From: Octopus vulgaris | Lineage: Eukaryota | Length of the DNA: 64,000 nucleotides | NCBI GenBank assembly: GCA_951406725.2 | Contig: OX597827.1 | Span: 12,462,001 to 12,526,000, forward strand | Direction: 5' to 3' | In this document: one piece after another, positions 12,870-26,498 of the stretch | How the letters are laid out: each line of letters starts with the position of its first letter | How positions within the stretch are numbered: position 1 is the stretch's first letter | Notes under the pieces: model-generated | The model's database searches: none | What the model saw: only the letters and a program-made list of their open reading frames with translations | Told to the model about the DNA's origin: nothing | Program-made: the position numbers and the translations under genes

Positions 12870-12960
12870 ATATGAGGGAATATTATTCCAAACTTACAGG
12901 GAAAAATTCAATTTAGAAATACTAAATCAAATTTCACAAAATATGATATATATATATATG

Positions 12961-13048
<88 letters not shown>

Positions 13049-13965
13049 AAAACACCTTTTATCAATTCAACAATGAAAAAATTAAATTATACCATTAAGA
13101 AATAATTACATCTTATAGAAAATTTAAATATAAGATAAAACATATACCAATGATTAAGTAATGTGCAAAATAATAAATAAAATGTATATATTTGGTAGAA
13201 TAACTACACGTGTTTTGTGGCTATATTTAAGAAATGATTACAGTAAAATCAATTCAATATAAATATAGTCACTCATCAGGTTAAAGATAAAAACAATAAA
13301 ATAATTAATTAAATAAATTTATAAATATACGTATATAATCGTGTAAAATACGAAATATCTTAAATATATTCTTGTGTAAATAAAAAAAATAGAATAAAGA
13401 GGTATAAATATTTATTATATCTATAAAAATAAAATTTTTACATATATAAGAAAAGAATGATGAACTATAATATATCGTTATTACTAGATAATAAAATGCA
13501 ATTAATTAAATTATTTAAAACAAATAAATATATATATATAAAATACAAAATATACATTAAGTGAAAACTAAAATACTATAATTTAATCTATATACATTAA
13601 ATTAAATTATTTATTAATTAATTTATTTATTTAATAAACATCTAAATTAAATCTTTTTCTCATTAAATAATGTATACTAAAAAAACTTCATGTTAAGTAA
13701 TATACATAATACTAGTACAAGCTATAAATATTAGAATTAAAAATAGAAAATGGTTCAAATATATACACTCCTATTATATAAACTAACTATATTATTAATA
13801 TATATGTAGTATCTATAGATGTAATATTTTACTCAATTATATAGTTGACCAAAATATCAATTAATATTAAACTTATTTACTTAAATGTAACACTACGTAA
13901 TAAATATACCACCTAACTATTAAATAATATATTGTCTTACAAAATTATTTCTCAAATTAAATTAA
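12870..13965 (-). mobile_element. Extremely AT-rich repeat, probably a non-autonomous Penelope-like derivative
   Basis: About 1.1 kb with very low GC, starting in a (TA)n tract and containing a type-I hammerhead motif. No ORF. Confidence 0.5.
13201..13283 (-). ncRNA. Minimal type-I hammerhead ribozyme motif (core G12->A, likely inactive)
   Basis: Minus strand: UAAC-CUGAUGA-GUGACUAUAUUUA...UAAAUAUAGCCAC-AAAA-CACGUG-UA-GUUA. Stem I is UAAC/GUUA, stem II is 13 bp with one mismatch, stem III is the palindrome CACGUG, and the cleavage triplet is GUA. Confidence 0.75.
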
Positions 13966-15069
13966 AAACTAAGCATATGAAAACCTGTGCTAAAACTGCT
14001 GCCTTAGATATTCTTACTAATAAATAGTAAGAAAAACCTCTCAATGTCAAATAACCAAAGAGAGCTAGTAGTGCTGATGTTGACAAAGCCCTTACCCATC
14101 AATGGTTAGTGTCTTCTGGCTTAAAATCGGAGACAGAAAGGTTTATCATAGCAGCCCAAGATCAATGCCTACCTACAATAAACTACCAGGTCAACATTTT
14201 AAAGAACGGCAGTAGCTCAACATGTCATGTATGTCAACAACAAAATGAACCATTGATCATTTTGTCTCCATGTGCAGTCTTCTTGTGCCTGCAGAGTATC
14301 TCAACAGGCATGATAGAGCAGCACAATATATTCACTGGGTAATTTGCAAAAATCCTGAACCTGCCCCATGATAAAAAGTGGTGGGAACACAAACCACCTC
14401 CAATGCTTGAAAATGATCACATCTCACTCCGCCATTCAAACTGACAGAAAGATAGATGTGAATAGGCCAGATATCATATTGAAAGACTTCAGACAAAAAT
14501 CATGCCTCCTCATTGATATGACTGTCACAATCGAAGTAAATGTATCTGTCAAGACCTACTGAAAACTGAGCAAGCATAAAGACCTTGAAATAGAAATTGG
14601 CAAAATGTGGAACCTGAAGACTAAAACAATACCTGTTGTCATAGGTGACCTAGTAATGATAGCAAAAGGTGCTGATTCCTACCTATCTCAGATACCAGGA
14701 GACCCCAAAATGGCAGAAATAAAAAAAATAGTGCACATGGGAACTGTCCATATCCTACGTAAAATACTGCCTGTGTAATCTCAAATTTTAAAACAAACAT
14801 AATTTTCTTATGTTTTCTTAAACATGCTCTAGAACAATACTATGTGCAAAACCAAATATATGACACCCTAGGCATAATACCAACATGAAATTCTAACTTG
14901 TTGCCTCTTGAGGTTTCTGGGTGAGATGTGGAGCCAACTTGTAGAAATACAAAGCAAAAGGCAAACACATAATAATCATAATACTACTACTGCTACTACT
15001 ACTACTACTACTACTACTACTAATAATAATAATAATAACAATAATGATAATAATAATAATAATAATAAC
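13966..15069 (+). mobile_element. 5'-truncated R4/Dong-like (RLE) LINE, pseudogenised, (TAC/TAA)n tail
   Basis: LKSETERFIIAAQDQCLPT, CCHC knuckle CHVCQQQNE..DH...C, RHDRAAQYIHW, NRPDIILKD..CLLIDMTV, KHKDLEIEIGKMWNLKTKTIPVVIG...ILRKIL*. Contains frameshifts and stops. Confidence 0.9.
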
Positions 15070-15205
15070 CCTACGCAAAGCACTTTCAATACAATAACCA
15101 TAAGAGCATCACAGCAAACCACAGCACATACCCAAGGCACACAGAGCTGTGCTCGGTAGTGAAGTGAAAGCATGTTATAAAAATAAAACTAATGAGTAAT
15201 AATAA
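15070..15205 (+). mobile_element. 3' tip of a second R4/Dong-like LINE inserted in the (TAA)n tail
   Basis: LRKALSIQ* mirrors the ILRKILPV* terminus of the neighbouring element. It has a short 3' UTR and a TAA tail. Confidence 0.6.
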
Positions 15206-15400
15206 TCCTTTCCACTATAGGCACAAGGCCTGAAATTTTGGGGGAGGGAGCTAGTCGATTAGATCGACCCCAGTATACAACTGGTACTTAATTTATCAAA
15301 CCCGAAAGGATGAAAAGCAAAGTCGATATTGGCAGAATTTGAACTCAGAATGTAAAGCCTTTCGCCCAGCATGCTAACGACTCTGCGAGCTCGCCACCTT
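15203..15400 (-). mobile_element. SINE family D (variant 3' end)
   Basis: Head AAGG.GGCGAGCT.GCAGA; core CTTT.CATCCTTTCGGG..TGATAAATTAAGTACCAG. Confidence 0.8.
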
Positions 15401-15620
<220 letters not shown>

Positions 15621-15782
15621 ATGTAGCATTAAATATCATGAGAAAAACCAGATTTATTAGATACTAAATTTTTACTATATATTTATCATTTTCATCTACT
15701 AAAAAGTTGCCCAACCTGTTCTACACTACACAAAATAAGCACACACATACACACATACACACATACACACACATGCAAACAA

Positions 15783-15826
<44 letters not shown>

Positions 15827-15994
15827 TCTTTATTCAAAGCAGCAAACATAGCCAGTACTGATCTCATGTTGCTCAACACACTCGATGGTTGGATGGCAAA
15901 AAAAAAAATGATCAAATAGTCACAGCTGGAGTGCTTTTGATCATCGGTCTACTCATAGTTGACCTAGGGCTAAATAACAAGAACACCAACATCG

Positions 15995-16100
15995 CTATCA
16001 TCATCATCATCATCTTTTTCACTACCATCATCATCATCATCATCAACACAACCACTTTCACAACCACCAGCAGCATCATCATCATCATCATCATCACCAC

Positions 16101-16135
<35 letters not shown>

Positions 16136-16247
16136 CCTCCACTACCACCATTACATTACAACCACTACCATTAACATTATCATCCTTCTCATTACCGTCA
16201 CCACCACCACCACCACCACCATCACTACCACTACCATCATTACCATT

Positions 16248-16284
<37 letters not shown>

Positions 16285-16800
16285 ACATTATCATCATTAT
16301 CCTTATCATCATCGTTATAATCATCATCACCACCACCCCATTGCTATCATTAAAATCACTACCATTAACATCATCATCTATCTCATTACCGTCACCACCA
16401 CCACCACCACCATCATCATCATTATCATCATTATCCTTATCATCATCGTTATAATCATCATCACCACCACCCCATTGCTACCATTACAATCACTACCATT
16501 TTCCTCATCATCTTTCTCATTACCGTCACCACCACAACCACCACCATCATCATCAATATCACTACCACTAACATCATTACCATTATCATCATCATCATTA
16601 TCATCATCAACATTATCATCATCATCGTTATAATCATCATCACCACCACCACCCCATTGCTATCATTACAATCACTACCATTTTCCTCATCATCTTTCTC
16701 ATTACCGTCACCACCACCACCACCACCACCACCATCAACACCACCACCACAATCAGCATGATTATTGCCACCATCATCAGTGCCACCACTACTAATATCA
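15995..16800. repeat. (CAT)/(CAC) degenerate microsatellite with ~150-190-bp higher-order duplications
   Basis: The landmarks CTCATTACCGTCACC and CCCCATTGCTA recur 3-4 times. Confidence 0.9.
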
Positions 16801-18044
16801 TATTTATCCCAATAGTTAGGAAAGGATTTTTTCCTCTTGTTTTCCTGGTTAGAAAAATTATCACTATGTTGCTATATATTCTGTAACAAAATGTTTTTTT
16901 TTTGTTTCTTTTTGGTGGGGCTGTTGTTGTTGGGAGTCTTTTTTAGGGGTTTTTAAAAGTTATCATATCTCCCAAGTTTCTAGGAAGAGCACGGTATGTA
17001 AAAACCAGAGTAGTATGTAAAACATTCCCCTTTTATAGGTGTGCAGAACAGAACAGTAGAACGAGATTCGTTTCATGTTTCCAATGAAACGGTATTAAAG
17101 CTACATATGAGTATTTTTCCTTTTGTGTCTCAAATTTCATGTATGCAAAAGCAACCAACCGACCAACCAACCTGTTTCAGAAAGATCACACACTAGTAAA
17201 TAAATTAAAAGAAAACAATTTTATCAAGAATTACAAAACTATAAAACGCAGGTTAATCCCGAAATGATTCCAAAAAAAAAAAAAAAAAAAAAAAAAGAAA
17301 ATGGAAGGAAAGAAAAAAAAAGATTAATGGAGATAATTAATTTGATTTCTATGAAGCTTAAGAGATTAACATAAATTTATGGGTTTTCATTTCCCCCTGG
17401 TCAGGTTTTCTAGTAATTCATCTTATGGAAAGATGCTCTCTTGCATAAGAGCAGTAATGGAGTTTCTATGCAAGTCATCAGATTCCATTGTCTCATTAGA
17501 ATCAGCCACTTCCTGTATGGCTATATAACCCAACAGTAAATTCAGCTACTTTATTATCTTTACAAACTCTCTGATATTATCTTCCTGTTCATAACGTATT
17601 TCACACCTCATATCCCAATGACAAGAGGCATTCCATTATCCCCGGCAATCAAGTCAAAGCATTAGAAATAAATAATAGTAGTATTAAATAACAATGATGA
17701 TGATGATGATGATGATGATAATAATGATGATGATGATGATGGTGGTGGTGATAATAATCCTTTCTTTATTATTGCTACTAGAGCGACAGCAACTACAACA
17801 TCATCAACCACAATTTCTCTGTGATTCAAGCTAATTATTGGTTTTATTCTAAGAAATAATTTCAAAGAATTAATTATTCTTCCAGAATAAATCCTATTTG
17901 TATAATAAAGATGATATTGTGAAGTAAACTCCACAGTTGTTCCATTATACAGGTTTTAGAGTATGTAATGGAAGCGACATTTCGGTTATAATAATTCCTT
18001 GTTTCCTGGCCTATACATTAATAACCACCGTTTTCATAAATACC

Positions 18045-18501
<457 letters not shown>

Positions 18502-18843
18502 GTACCACCATCAGTACCATCACTGCTGCAGCCACCACTGCCTCCTCCCCCTACCCCTCCTCCTCCTCCTCCTCCTTCTCTTTCTTTCAACTGGCATCAA
18601 GCACGATGACAGACATAGCACGTTTTCATTTATGTAGAATTCGTATGGCATTGTTTCCATCACTACCATCCTTTCTGACATACAAGTTGTTGAATTTTTC
18701 AGACCAAAATTTGCAGCCCCTTCACCCATAAAATAAAGCGGATGGGGGGGATGAGGTCGACTTATACACTAAGACAACTTCAGAGGACCAACAATTCCAT
18801 GTGAAATTCAACAAGATTTAGAAATATAGTGATGATGTTTGAA

Positions 18844-18933
18844 TGTTTACACCACATGTTTGCACTACATGTATACACTACATGTTTACACTACATGTTT
18901 ACACTACATGTTTACGCTACATGTTTACACTAT
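18844..18933. repeat. 13-bp minisatellite (TGTTTACACTACA) x~7
   Basis: Read directly. Confidence 0.9.
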
Positions 18934-19243
18934 ATACTACATTGATTTGTGTGCTAGAAAATATGGCATGTCTTTTCAAAGCTACATGAACTACACTGAA
19001 GGACCATTACTCTTCGTCAGACATATTGTGCTTTTTGAGGTTTACACCTTCAGCAGTCCTTAACTTGTAAGCAGCATACACAAGATTAATTTAGGATCAT
19101 TAGAAAGAAATAGGCTGTAATCAGGCTTGGAGAAGGATAAACACCACCAGGTTCAAAAGTGCTTAAGGTACACCATATGTCACAACAGGACCCTTCAATT
19201 CAATCAGCTGTTTAGGATCTAAATTAAAACATTCTCTCGTAAT

Positions 19244-19660
19244 GGAGTGGCTGTGGGGTAAGTAGCTTGCTAACCAACCACATGGTTCTGGGTTCAGTCC
19301 CACTGCGTGGCATCTTGTGCAAGTCTCTTCTGCTATAGCCCCAGGCTGACCAATGCCTTGTGAGTGGATTTGGTAGACGGAAACTGAAAGAAGCCTGTCG
19401 TATATATGTATATATATCTATATCTATGTGTGTGTGTATGTTTGTGTGTCTGTGTTTGTCTCCCCAATATCACTTGATAACCGATGCTGGTGTGTTTACG
19501 TCCCCGTCACTTAGCGGTTCAGCAAAATAGACTGATAGAATAAGTATTGGGCTTACAAAGAATAAGTCCCGGGGTCGATTTGCTCGACTAAAGGCGGTGC
19601 TCCAGCATGGCCGCAGTCAAATGACTGAAACAAGTAAAAGAGTAAAAGAGTAAAAGAGAG
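19244..19660 (+). mobile_element. SINE family A
   Basis: Near-full head through the GTAAAAGA tail. Confidence 0.9.
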
Positions 19661-20018
19661 TAATTAGTTAACTGTTAACTATGCTCCAAATGCCAACTAA
19701 TTAATGATAACATTAGTCATTTAACTAAATCCATTAAATTTCTTTTGGTTAAAGAAGCCTAGGAGACAGTGTGAATTTGCCACTGATCCTGTAGTTTACC
19801 AATCTTAGAAGGATGAACAGCAAATGTGACTTCAGCAAAACTTTCTGAGTGGAAAAATATAAACGGCTAAATCTAAGTAACGGAGTGCATTTTGTCCTGA
19901 TTTTACCATTCCACCTCCTTGTCGCTATTAGTAGGGATTTTTCACTGAAAGATAAAGTTAACTTTACTGAGATTTGAACACAGAATATAATAAGGGCAGA
20001 TGTGGCTGTGGGGTTAAG

Positions 20019-20190
20019 ACACTCCTGCTCCAGAGCGCCGGCTGCGGGGTCATTCCGAAAAGCTCTATCTGCGACGATTTCATCTCAATCGAAGGAGAGG
20101 GGCTTTCTCCGTCCGGGTTGTGGATCTGTGGAATAAGATCATTATGATGATAATGATGATGATGATGATGGTGATGATGATGTTGATGAC

Positions 20191-20260
<70 letters not shown>

Positions 20261-20772
20261 GTGATGATGATGTCACTTGCTGCTACTGCTGCAGACAATG
20301 CCAACAGCGATGGTGCTACCTTAGTTCCCTAGTATATACCTACGTAGTATTTCAATGAAGTCTTTTTCTCAAAGTTGAGATAAATCCTACTTTCGCTTTT
20401 AAACGCAACCAAATAAATGCCTGGAGTGGAGTTTGAAAATCAACCTTGCAATTTTTATTAGACAGTGGACATAAATCCTAACCTCTAAGCCAGCTTGCTT
20501 CTGATCATAATGACATTTTCAAATATATACAATAAACACAAGGGCATTAACAGCATCACACTATGCTTCTTATTGTTATTGTTGTGGATCTGTGGAATGC
20601 CGGATGAGATGAGGAAGATGCCGACGACCGCTCGGTTCAAAGTCTCCCTTGACCACAAGTGGCCTGAACTCTTTACATGAACACCACCCTATACATAACT
20701 CCATGTCCCCCTACATGGCCTTGCTTTTTGCTTTTTGAGCCAAAAAATTAACTAACTAACTAACTAACTAAC
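20019..20772 (+). mobile_element. CR1/L2-type LINE 3' end with (TAAC)n tail, split by the inverted insertion
   Basis: RLRGHSEKLYLRRFHLNRRRGAFSVRVVDLWNK / PDEMRKMPTTARFKVSLDHKWPELFT*, a typical CR1 ORF2 C-terminus. Confidence 0.88.
20143..20584 (-). repeat. Inverted copy of 18045-18501 flanked by an 18-bp direct repeat
   Basis: GTTGTGGATCTGTGGAAT at 20117-20134 and 20581-20598. Confidence 0.95.
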
Positions 20773-21418
20773 CATGTGGTTTTGAGTTCATGCAGTACTC
20801 TGGGCAAGAATATGCTTCTATAGTCCCAGGTTCACCAAAGCCTTGTGATTGAATTTGATAGATGGAAACACAAAGAAACCTAATTATGTATGTGTGTGTG
20901 TGTGTGTTGTGTGTGTGTGTGTGTGTGTGTGTATGTATAAGGTGAACAAAGGTGTATGTACGCTGCTATATGTATATATAAATATAAAAACATGGAACAA
21001 AAATACAATAGAGGACAATAAATCATCCAGACAAAAAGACTATACAAAAGCGGACAAGAAAAACAACAATTAGAGGGACAGGAAAAAAAGGATGGTTCAT
21101 TCATGGCCTTCTTTCGTCAGTTAAGTTACCAGATGTCCTTACAGTTTCGGTCAGTTATACTTGAGACTGTTCGATCTGGTTGCCCTCAAAAAGGTTTATG
21201 CTAAGAGCCTTAGATATTTTTTGTAAGAAGGCTAGCGAATGTGTACAACAACAAAGACAAAAAAACGGAGAACATGGTACACAATTGGTGGTGGTGGTGA
21301 TGATGGTGGTGGTGGTTGTGGTGGTGGTGGTGATGATGAATGTAAAGCAACCCAACCAAGTATAAACTAAGTATTGTGAAGTATTTGACTCTACCATTTT
21401 AATCAATAATACAATACT

Positions 21419-21862
21419 GGGATCTGTTCGGTTTCAACAGCAGTTTTTAAAATAATTTCCCCGTAACTAAACACTTTTAAACTTCGTATACTGGTAGAAT
21501 GTGTTTATAAAACATCTTATTCTCTTGGCTTTATTGAGAAAATTCTATAGTTTGTAAGATATTTGTTGTTTTTTCTTCGATTTCTGCAATTTCAACCTAT
21601 CAATGACATCCATTGAGGTTAAAAACATTCTGTGCCGAATGAATATGTCCCTCGTTTAAGAAACAGATTGGGTATATTTACATTTCTGAAGAAAAAAAGA
21701 TACCCTTCCCCCAGCCCTAACCATAACCCTAAACCTAACCCTAACTAACCCTAACCCTAAAACAGATTGAAATGCAATAGATCAATACTAGGGTCATAAT
21801 TATGGGTGACAATTTCATATGACACTGCTAGAAAAAACTGCCGTTCAAACCGAAAAGATCCC
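21419..21862. mobile_element. Unclassified MITE with ~30-bp TIR, 6-bp TSD and an internal (CCCTAA)n-like tract
   Basis: AATACT|GGGATCTGTTCGGTTTCAACAGCAGTTTTT...AAAAACTGCCGTTCAAACCGAAAAGATCCC|AATACT. Confidence 0.88.
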
Positions 21863-22652
21863 AATACTGATTTTAAATGTTGGCATAAGACCAGCAATTT
21901 TGGGAGAGGAAGTAAGTCTACATCACTCCCCAATCCCCAGGGTTCAACTGGTACTTATTTGATTTATCTCAAGAGGATAAAGGGCAAAGTTGACCTTGGT
22001 AGAATTTGAACTCAGAACACAAAAGACAGATGAAATGCCACTAAGTATTTCTGCAAGGATGGTACCTTAATCAATGATATAATATTATTCCGATGACTCA
22101 GGTAATGGGAAAGATCCAGGAGAAGGAATTAATGAGGAACAGCTGCCCTTTAGCACAGATGAACTGGTATGGCCAACTGGACATTCAACCCATTTTGGTG
22201 ACAGCTTATTTTGGCACTGGCGGCGCACAAACACACACATGCATGCATGTGTAGAAATATGCACATACAGTGAGAGTGAGAGAGAGGGAAGGGGGAGAGA
22301 CACAGATAGAGAGAAAGGAGGGAGGAAACTAAAGGAAACATTGAAATTTCTGGTGTCATAAATGTCGCTGTTGAATCAGTGACACCAAACCGACAGACGG
22401 GGCTAAAATGGCTGTGACAAAAGATTTCATGTCCAAGATTCAGTTATAACCCATGTACTGTATAATAACCATAACACATGCAGTCACACAGCATGCACAC
22501 ACATGTGCATATACAGTCACACATGTGCATATACAGTCACACAGATTGCACACACACACACACATGTACACACTCACATATGCACAGATACAAATAAAAC
22601 AACGGTAGTAATTAAAACACAATAGCCTTCCGACATGGAAAAAAGTCCTTAA

Positions 22653-22872
22653 CCCTTTCATTATCAACCCGGCTGAAACCGGTTCTGGCTCTGAGTACAA
22701 ATGTCTTGTTTTCATAAGTTTGTAATTGAAATCTTCCACCAAACCTTAGTCATAATTTATGTTCCTAACACTAACTGAATGATAACTAAGTTATTTTATT
22801 AAATTCTTTGTTAAATTTAAAGTAATTGAAAGAAACACAGAACATCTCAAAATATATACAGTAACAAAAGGG
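22653..22872 (+). mobile_element. piggyBac-type MITE (TTAA TSD)
   Basis: TTAA|CCCTTT...AAAGGG|TTAA. Homologous copy at 27763. Confidence 0.88.
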
Positions 22873-23589
22873 TTAAATATAAGTAGGATATAGTACATAG
22901 TGAATTATATCAACCCTGTACATACCCGGTACTTGATTTCATCAATCTCTTTCCTCTAAGGATAAAATTCAGAACTGACCTTAGTAAGAATTGAACTCAG
23001 AACATAACAAGTATAATTAAATACTACAAAGTATTTTATCAGCATCTGACTAGAAAGAAAAACCCTCTTTCGCTTATTAATCTGTATTCTCAAGAAAGGT
23101 AATCACATCAAAAATATATTTCAAACTTTAAAAATGTTCCCCCAGGCTACCAATATTACAACTATTAGTCTTTTAATGAATGCCAATAACTTCATCAACA
23201 ATCTATAACAGAATGTGTGTCTGGTAGGCAATGTGTTATTTCTTGAAGTTTTCTGTGTTGCCTTTGAAAATATATAACTGTAGAACTAACATCAGTGAAG
23301 TATATAAAATATATCTCTCAGATTATTGATATTCTTACAAGGTTTAGAAAGATCTTGCCTTTGTTCTAGTAAAAGCTTTGGTCTTATTATGCTCTGTAAT
23401 AGAAGCAGAGTTCAACAAAATTGACCAACCCAGGACCTGGAGAGCCAATGAGAAGCATAATTATCTGTGAAGCCCTCTCTCTAAAAGGACAACCTAAAGC
23501 TTCCTTCAAATTTTAGAAGACCCCCTACTCTTCTCGAGGTTCAAAGCAGACCTGTCCAACTGCGTTAAATTTGTCTCAGAGGTCAGAAA

Positions 23590-23931
23590 CAGCAGTTCTC
23601 AACCTTTGGGTTGCCGTATAATTCCGAAAGTGTCGTGAATACAAAATCTTTTAATTTAGAAATGTTTGATAGAATGTAAAATGTTCATGAACTTGTTGTG
23701 CAATAAAGCATAGGAATAAGAGCCACAACACAACATTTACTATAAACAAAGACTGTGGAATGTTTCCTCAAGAAGAAATATCATATGTTAATTATGCCCC
23801 ATTGTTGGAAAAATTGTTTTTTTTGTTTTGTTCAAGTATTTTGAAAATCTAAAAGAAAAATGGTAAAAAGGATGGTCACAGAAGGTTACTGATTTGCTAG
23901 AGTTGCAATAGTAAAAGATTAGGAAGTTCTG
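23590..23931. mobile_element. Possible degenerate hAT (Charlie-like) MITE
   Basis: Left end CAGCAGTTCTCAACC; the right end is only weakly complementary. Confidence 0.35.
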
Positions 23932-24532
23932 CACTATAGCATAAAATATATCATTATAAAAAGTGTTTGCTTCCTATAATACTGTCAAAACAAATAAAAC
24001 AAAAAAACAATAACAAATGAAAATAAACACTATAGTCATATATCTCCGACCAGTTGATGCAACAACTATTAATGTTATGTAGTAAGATATAATAGTAATA
24101 ACACCTTGAGTAGGACACACTAGTCTTAGTACTGTTAACATAACTTGTTAGGTATTGCGGTATTAATCACTGTGTTTTTACTTTAGACATCTTTATAGCA
24201 GAATGGAATCTGAATATGAAAGGTGGGGAAAATAGCATTCATGTCTTGGTCTCCATAACTCAGAATCTTATTTTTATATTAGTAGATATTACAAAATTAA
24301 ATTACACCCATAGCATTTGATATCTCCATAATTATTTGAAGTTTAAGTATGTTGTAGTAATAATGCATCACTCCAACAACATTTGAGTTTATCTTTACAG
24401 ACACTGTATAAAATATGTTCAGAATCTATTTTTCACACTTCTCAAAGTATTCTGAGCATATCTTAAAAAATACTATGGAATTTTGCCAATAGTTTAGCAA
24501 TATAAACTTGTCAGTAGTTTCCCACTACATAC

Positions 24533-24692
24533 CTGATATCTCTTCATAATGTTTGGCCTTTGCATCACTGCTATAACTTGTGTTATCCATTTGACAGGAC
24601 ACTATATTGCTTGAAGTATCATGGAAACCCACAGAGCTTTCTTCAATTCCTCTCACATCTGACCTCATCACTACCTCCTGGATACGCATTTG
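24533..24692 (-). CDS. Candidate coding exon, 160 bp, unknown product (QMRIQEVVMRSDVRGIEESSVGFHDTSSNIVSCQMDNTSYSSDAKAKHYEEIS-G)
   Basis: Acceptor TTTTCCTGTGCTCCATTAACAG| and strong donor CAG|GTATGT. Exactly one of three frames is open end to end. Unique, non-repetitive sequence. Confidence 0.6.
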
Positions 24693-25170
24693 CTGTTAAT
24701 GGAGCACAGGAAAAACTTCGTAAGATAGACAAATAGCAGATATCAGCTACATATTAGTAATACTAACATGACAATACTAAAAGGTAAAAACTAAATGACA
24801 ATGCTAAACAGTAATAGTAAATAAAACCTATACACTAAAATTCCTTTTGCAGGGACATCATACAACAAAAATAAAATATATAGTATACGATACGTCAATA
24901 CTACAAAGCAATAAAAGAGATGTCTCATAATCCACATTGGACTGTAAGGACACCATTAAAAATTTCAATGAAATCTTTAGGCAGCGTTGTACAAAAGATC
25001 AAGTCAACCAAGCAGAACCCAACTCAATTTCTACACTTCCACCGAATTATGGAATACTTGACATATCTGTTTGTTAATTATTTAAATGGTGTTTGTAAAT
25101 ATGGTTTAACGAACTAGTGGTCAAGCAAAATACTAATTTCTAAAACATTCTTCTTTTTCTTTTATTGCAG

Positions 25171-25343
<173 letters not shown>

Positions 25344-25369
25344 GAGGACAAGAGATATTCAGACAATAA

Positions 25370-25679
25370 TGTAATAATTAGAATATATGCATACATATAT
25401 ATATATATATATATATGCATATATAAATAAATATACGTATATGTATATATGTATATATTCAATGTTTCAAAGGCGAGACAGGTCTTACGCTTGAGTCTAA
25501 CTAGCGACAGCTGATGACCGGGACCTTCCTTATTTCTTGTTATAATTTTGTTTTTCCGTTTCACATCCTGTTGTGGTGTCCTTACTCACGTATATTTATT
25601 TATATATGCATGTATATATACTTGTAGATGTAGGTATGTACATATATGTTTGTATGTATGCATATATTCTAATTATTAC

Positions 25680-25680
<1 letters not shown>
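25370..25680. mobile_element. Fold-back element (same arm family as 1557-1704)
   Basis: Inverted pairs 25370-25397/25653-25680 and 25417-25438/25588-25609. Confidence 0.75.
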
Positions 25681-25722
<42 letters not shown>

Positions 25723-26010
25723 TCATCATAATCATCATCATTTTATATCTACTTTTCAGGCTGGTATGGGTTGCATGGATCAATACAGTCTAAGTCAGTT
25801 CTTATTTGGAATTACAACACCACTGGAAGGGTTAGAAGATGATATCTTGTCTGAGCAGTCTCTTATTTGCATGGTTTCTATGTCTGGATGTCCATCGTAA
25901 TATCAGACATTTTGCAAAATGTACTTGGTGCATTTTATTATGACATCAGCACAGGTGAAGTTGCTTTGTATACTGAATGACTAAAGAATCTGCACTACAC
26001 TTTGATATCT

Positions 26011-26012
<2 letters not shown>

Positions 26013-26091
<79 letters not shown>

Positions 26092-26193
26092 TGTGTGTGT
26101 GTGTGTGTATTTATATATATGTATATATGGATGTATATATATGCATATCGATCTATCTATCTATCAATCAATCTATCTATTCATATACATACA

Positions 26194-26229
<36 letters not shown>

Positions 26230-26498
26230 TACATACATACATGCATGCATACATCCATCCATCCATCCATCCATCCATACATACATACATACATACATAC
26301 ATGCATATCGATCTATCTATCTATCTATCAATCAATCTATCTATTCATATACATACATACATACATACATACATACATACATACATACATACATACATGC
26401 ATGCATACATACATACATACATACATACATACATACATACATACATACATACATACATACATACATACATACATACATGCATACATATATACATACAT
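26013..26498. repeat. (TG)/(CATA)/(CATC) compound microsatellite
   Basis: Read directly. Confidence 0.95.

Larger units (their letters stand above)
19995..20910 (+). mobile_element. Old SINE family A 5' half, interrupted by the CR1 fragment
   Basis: GGCAGATGTGGCTGTGGGGTTAAGA before the CR1 piece; ACCATGTGGTTTTGAGTTCA...CTGGGCAAG...CCAAAGCCTTGTGA after it. Confidence 0.65.

Noticed and set aside
12870-13965. Mitochondrial insertion (NUMT)
   Set aside because: AT-rich, but no mitochondrial ORF, rRNA or tRNA is recognisable. It contains a hammerhead motif instead.
21061-21250. Hammerhead in minus-strand CCGAAAC...CTGACGA
   Set aside because: The core halves are in an order and pairing context that I could not fold into a valid hammerhead. 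At most a decayed relic.
21715-21760. Telomere or chromosome-fusion relic
   Set aside because: Short, degenerate, and internal to a TIR/TSD-bounded element.
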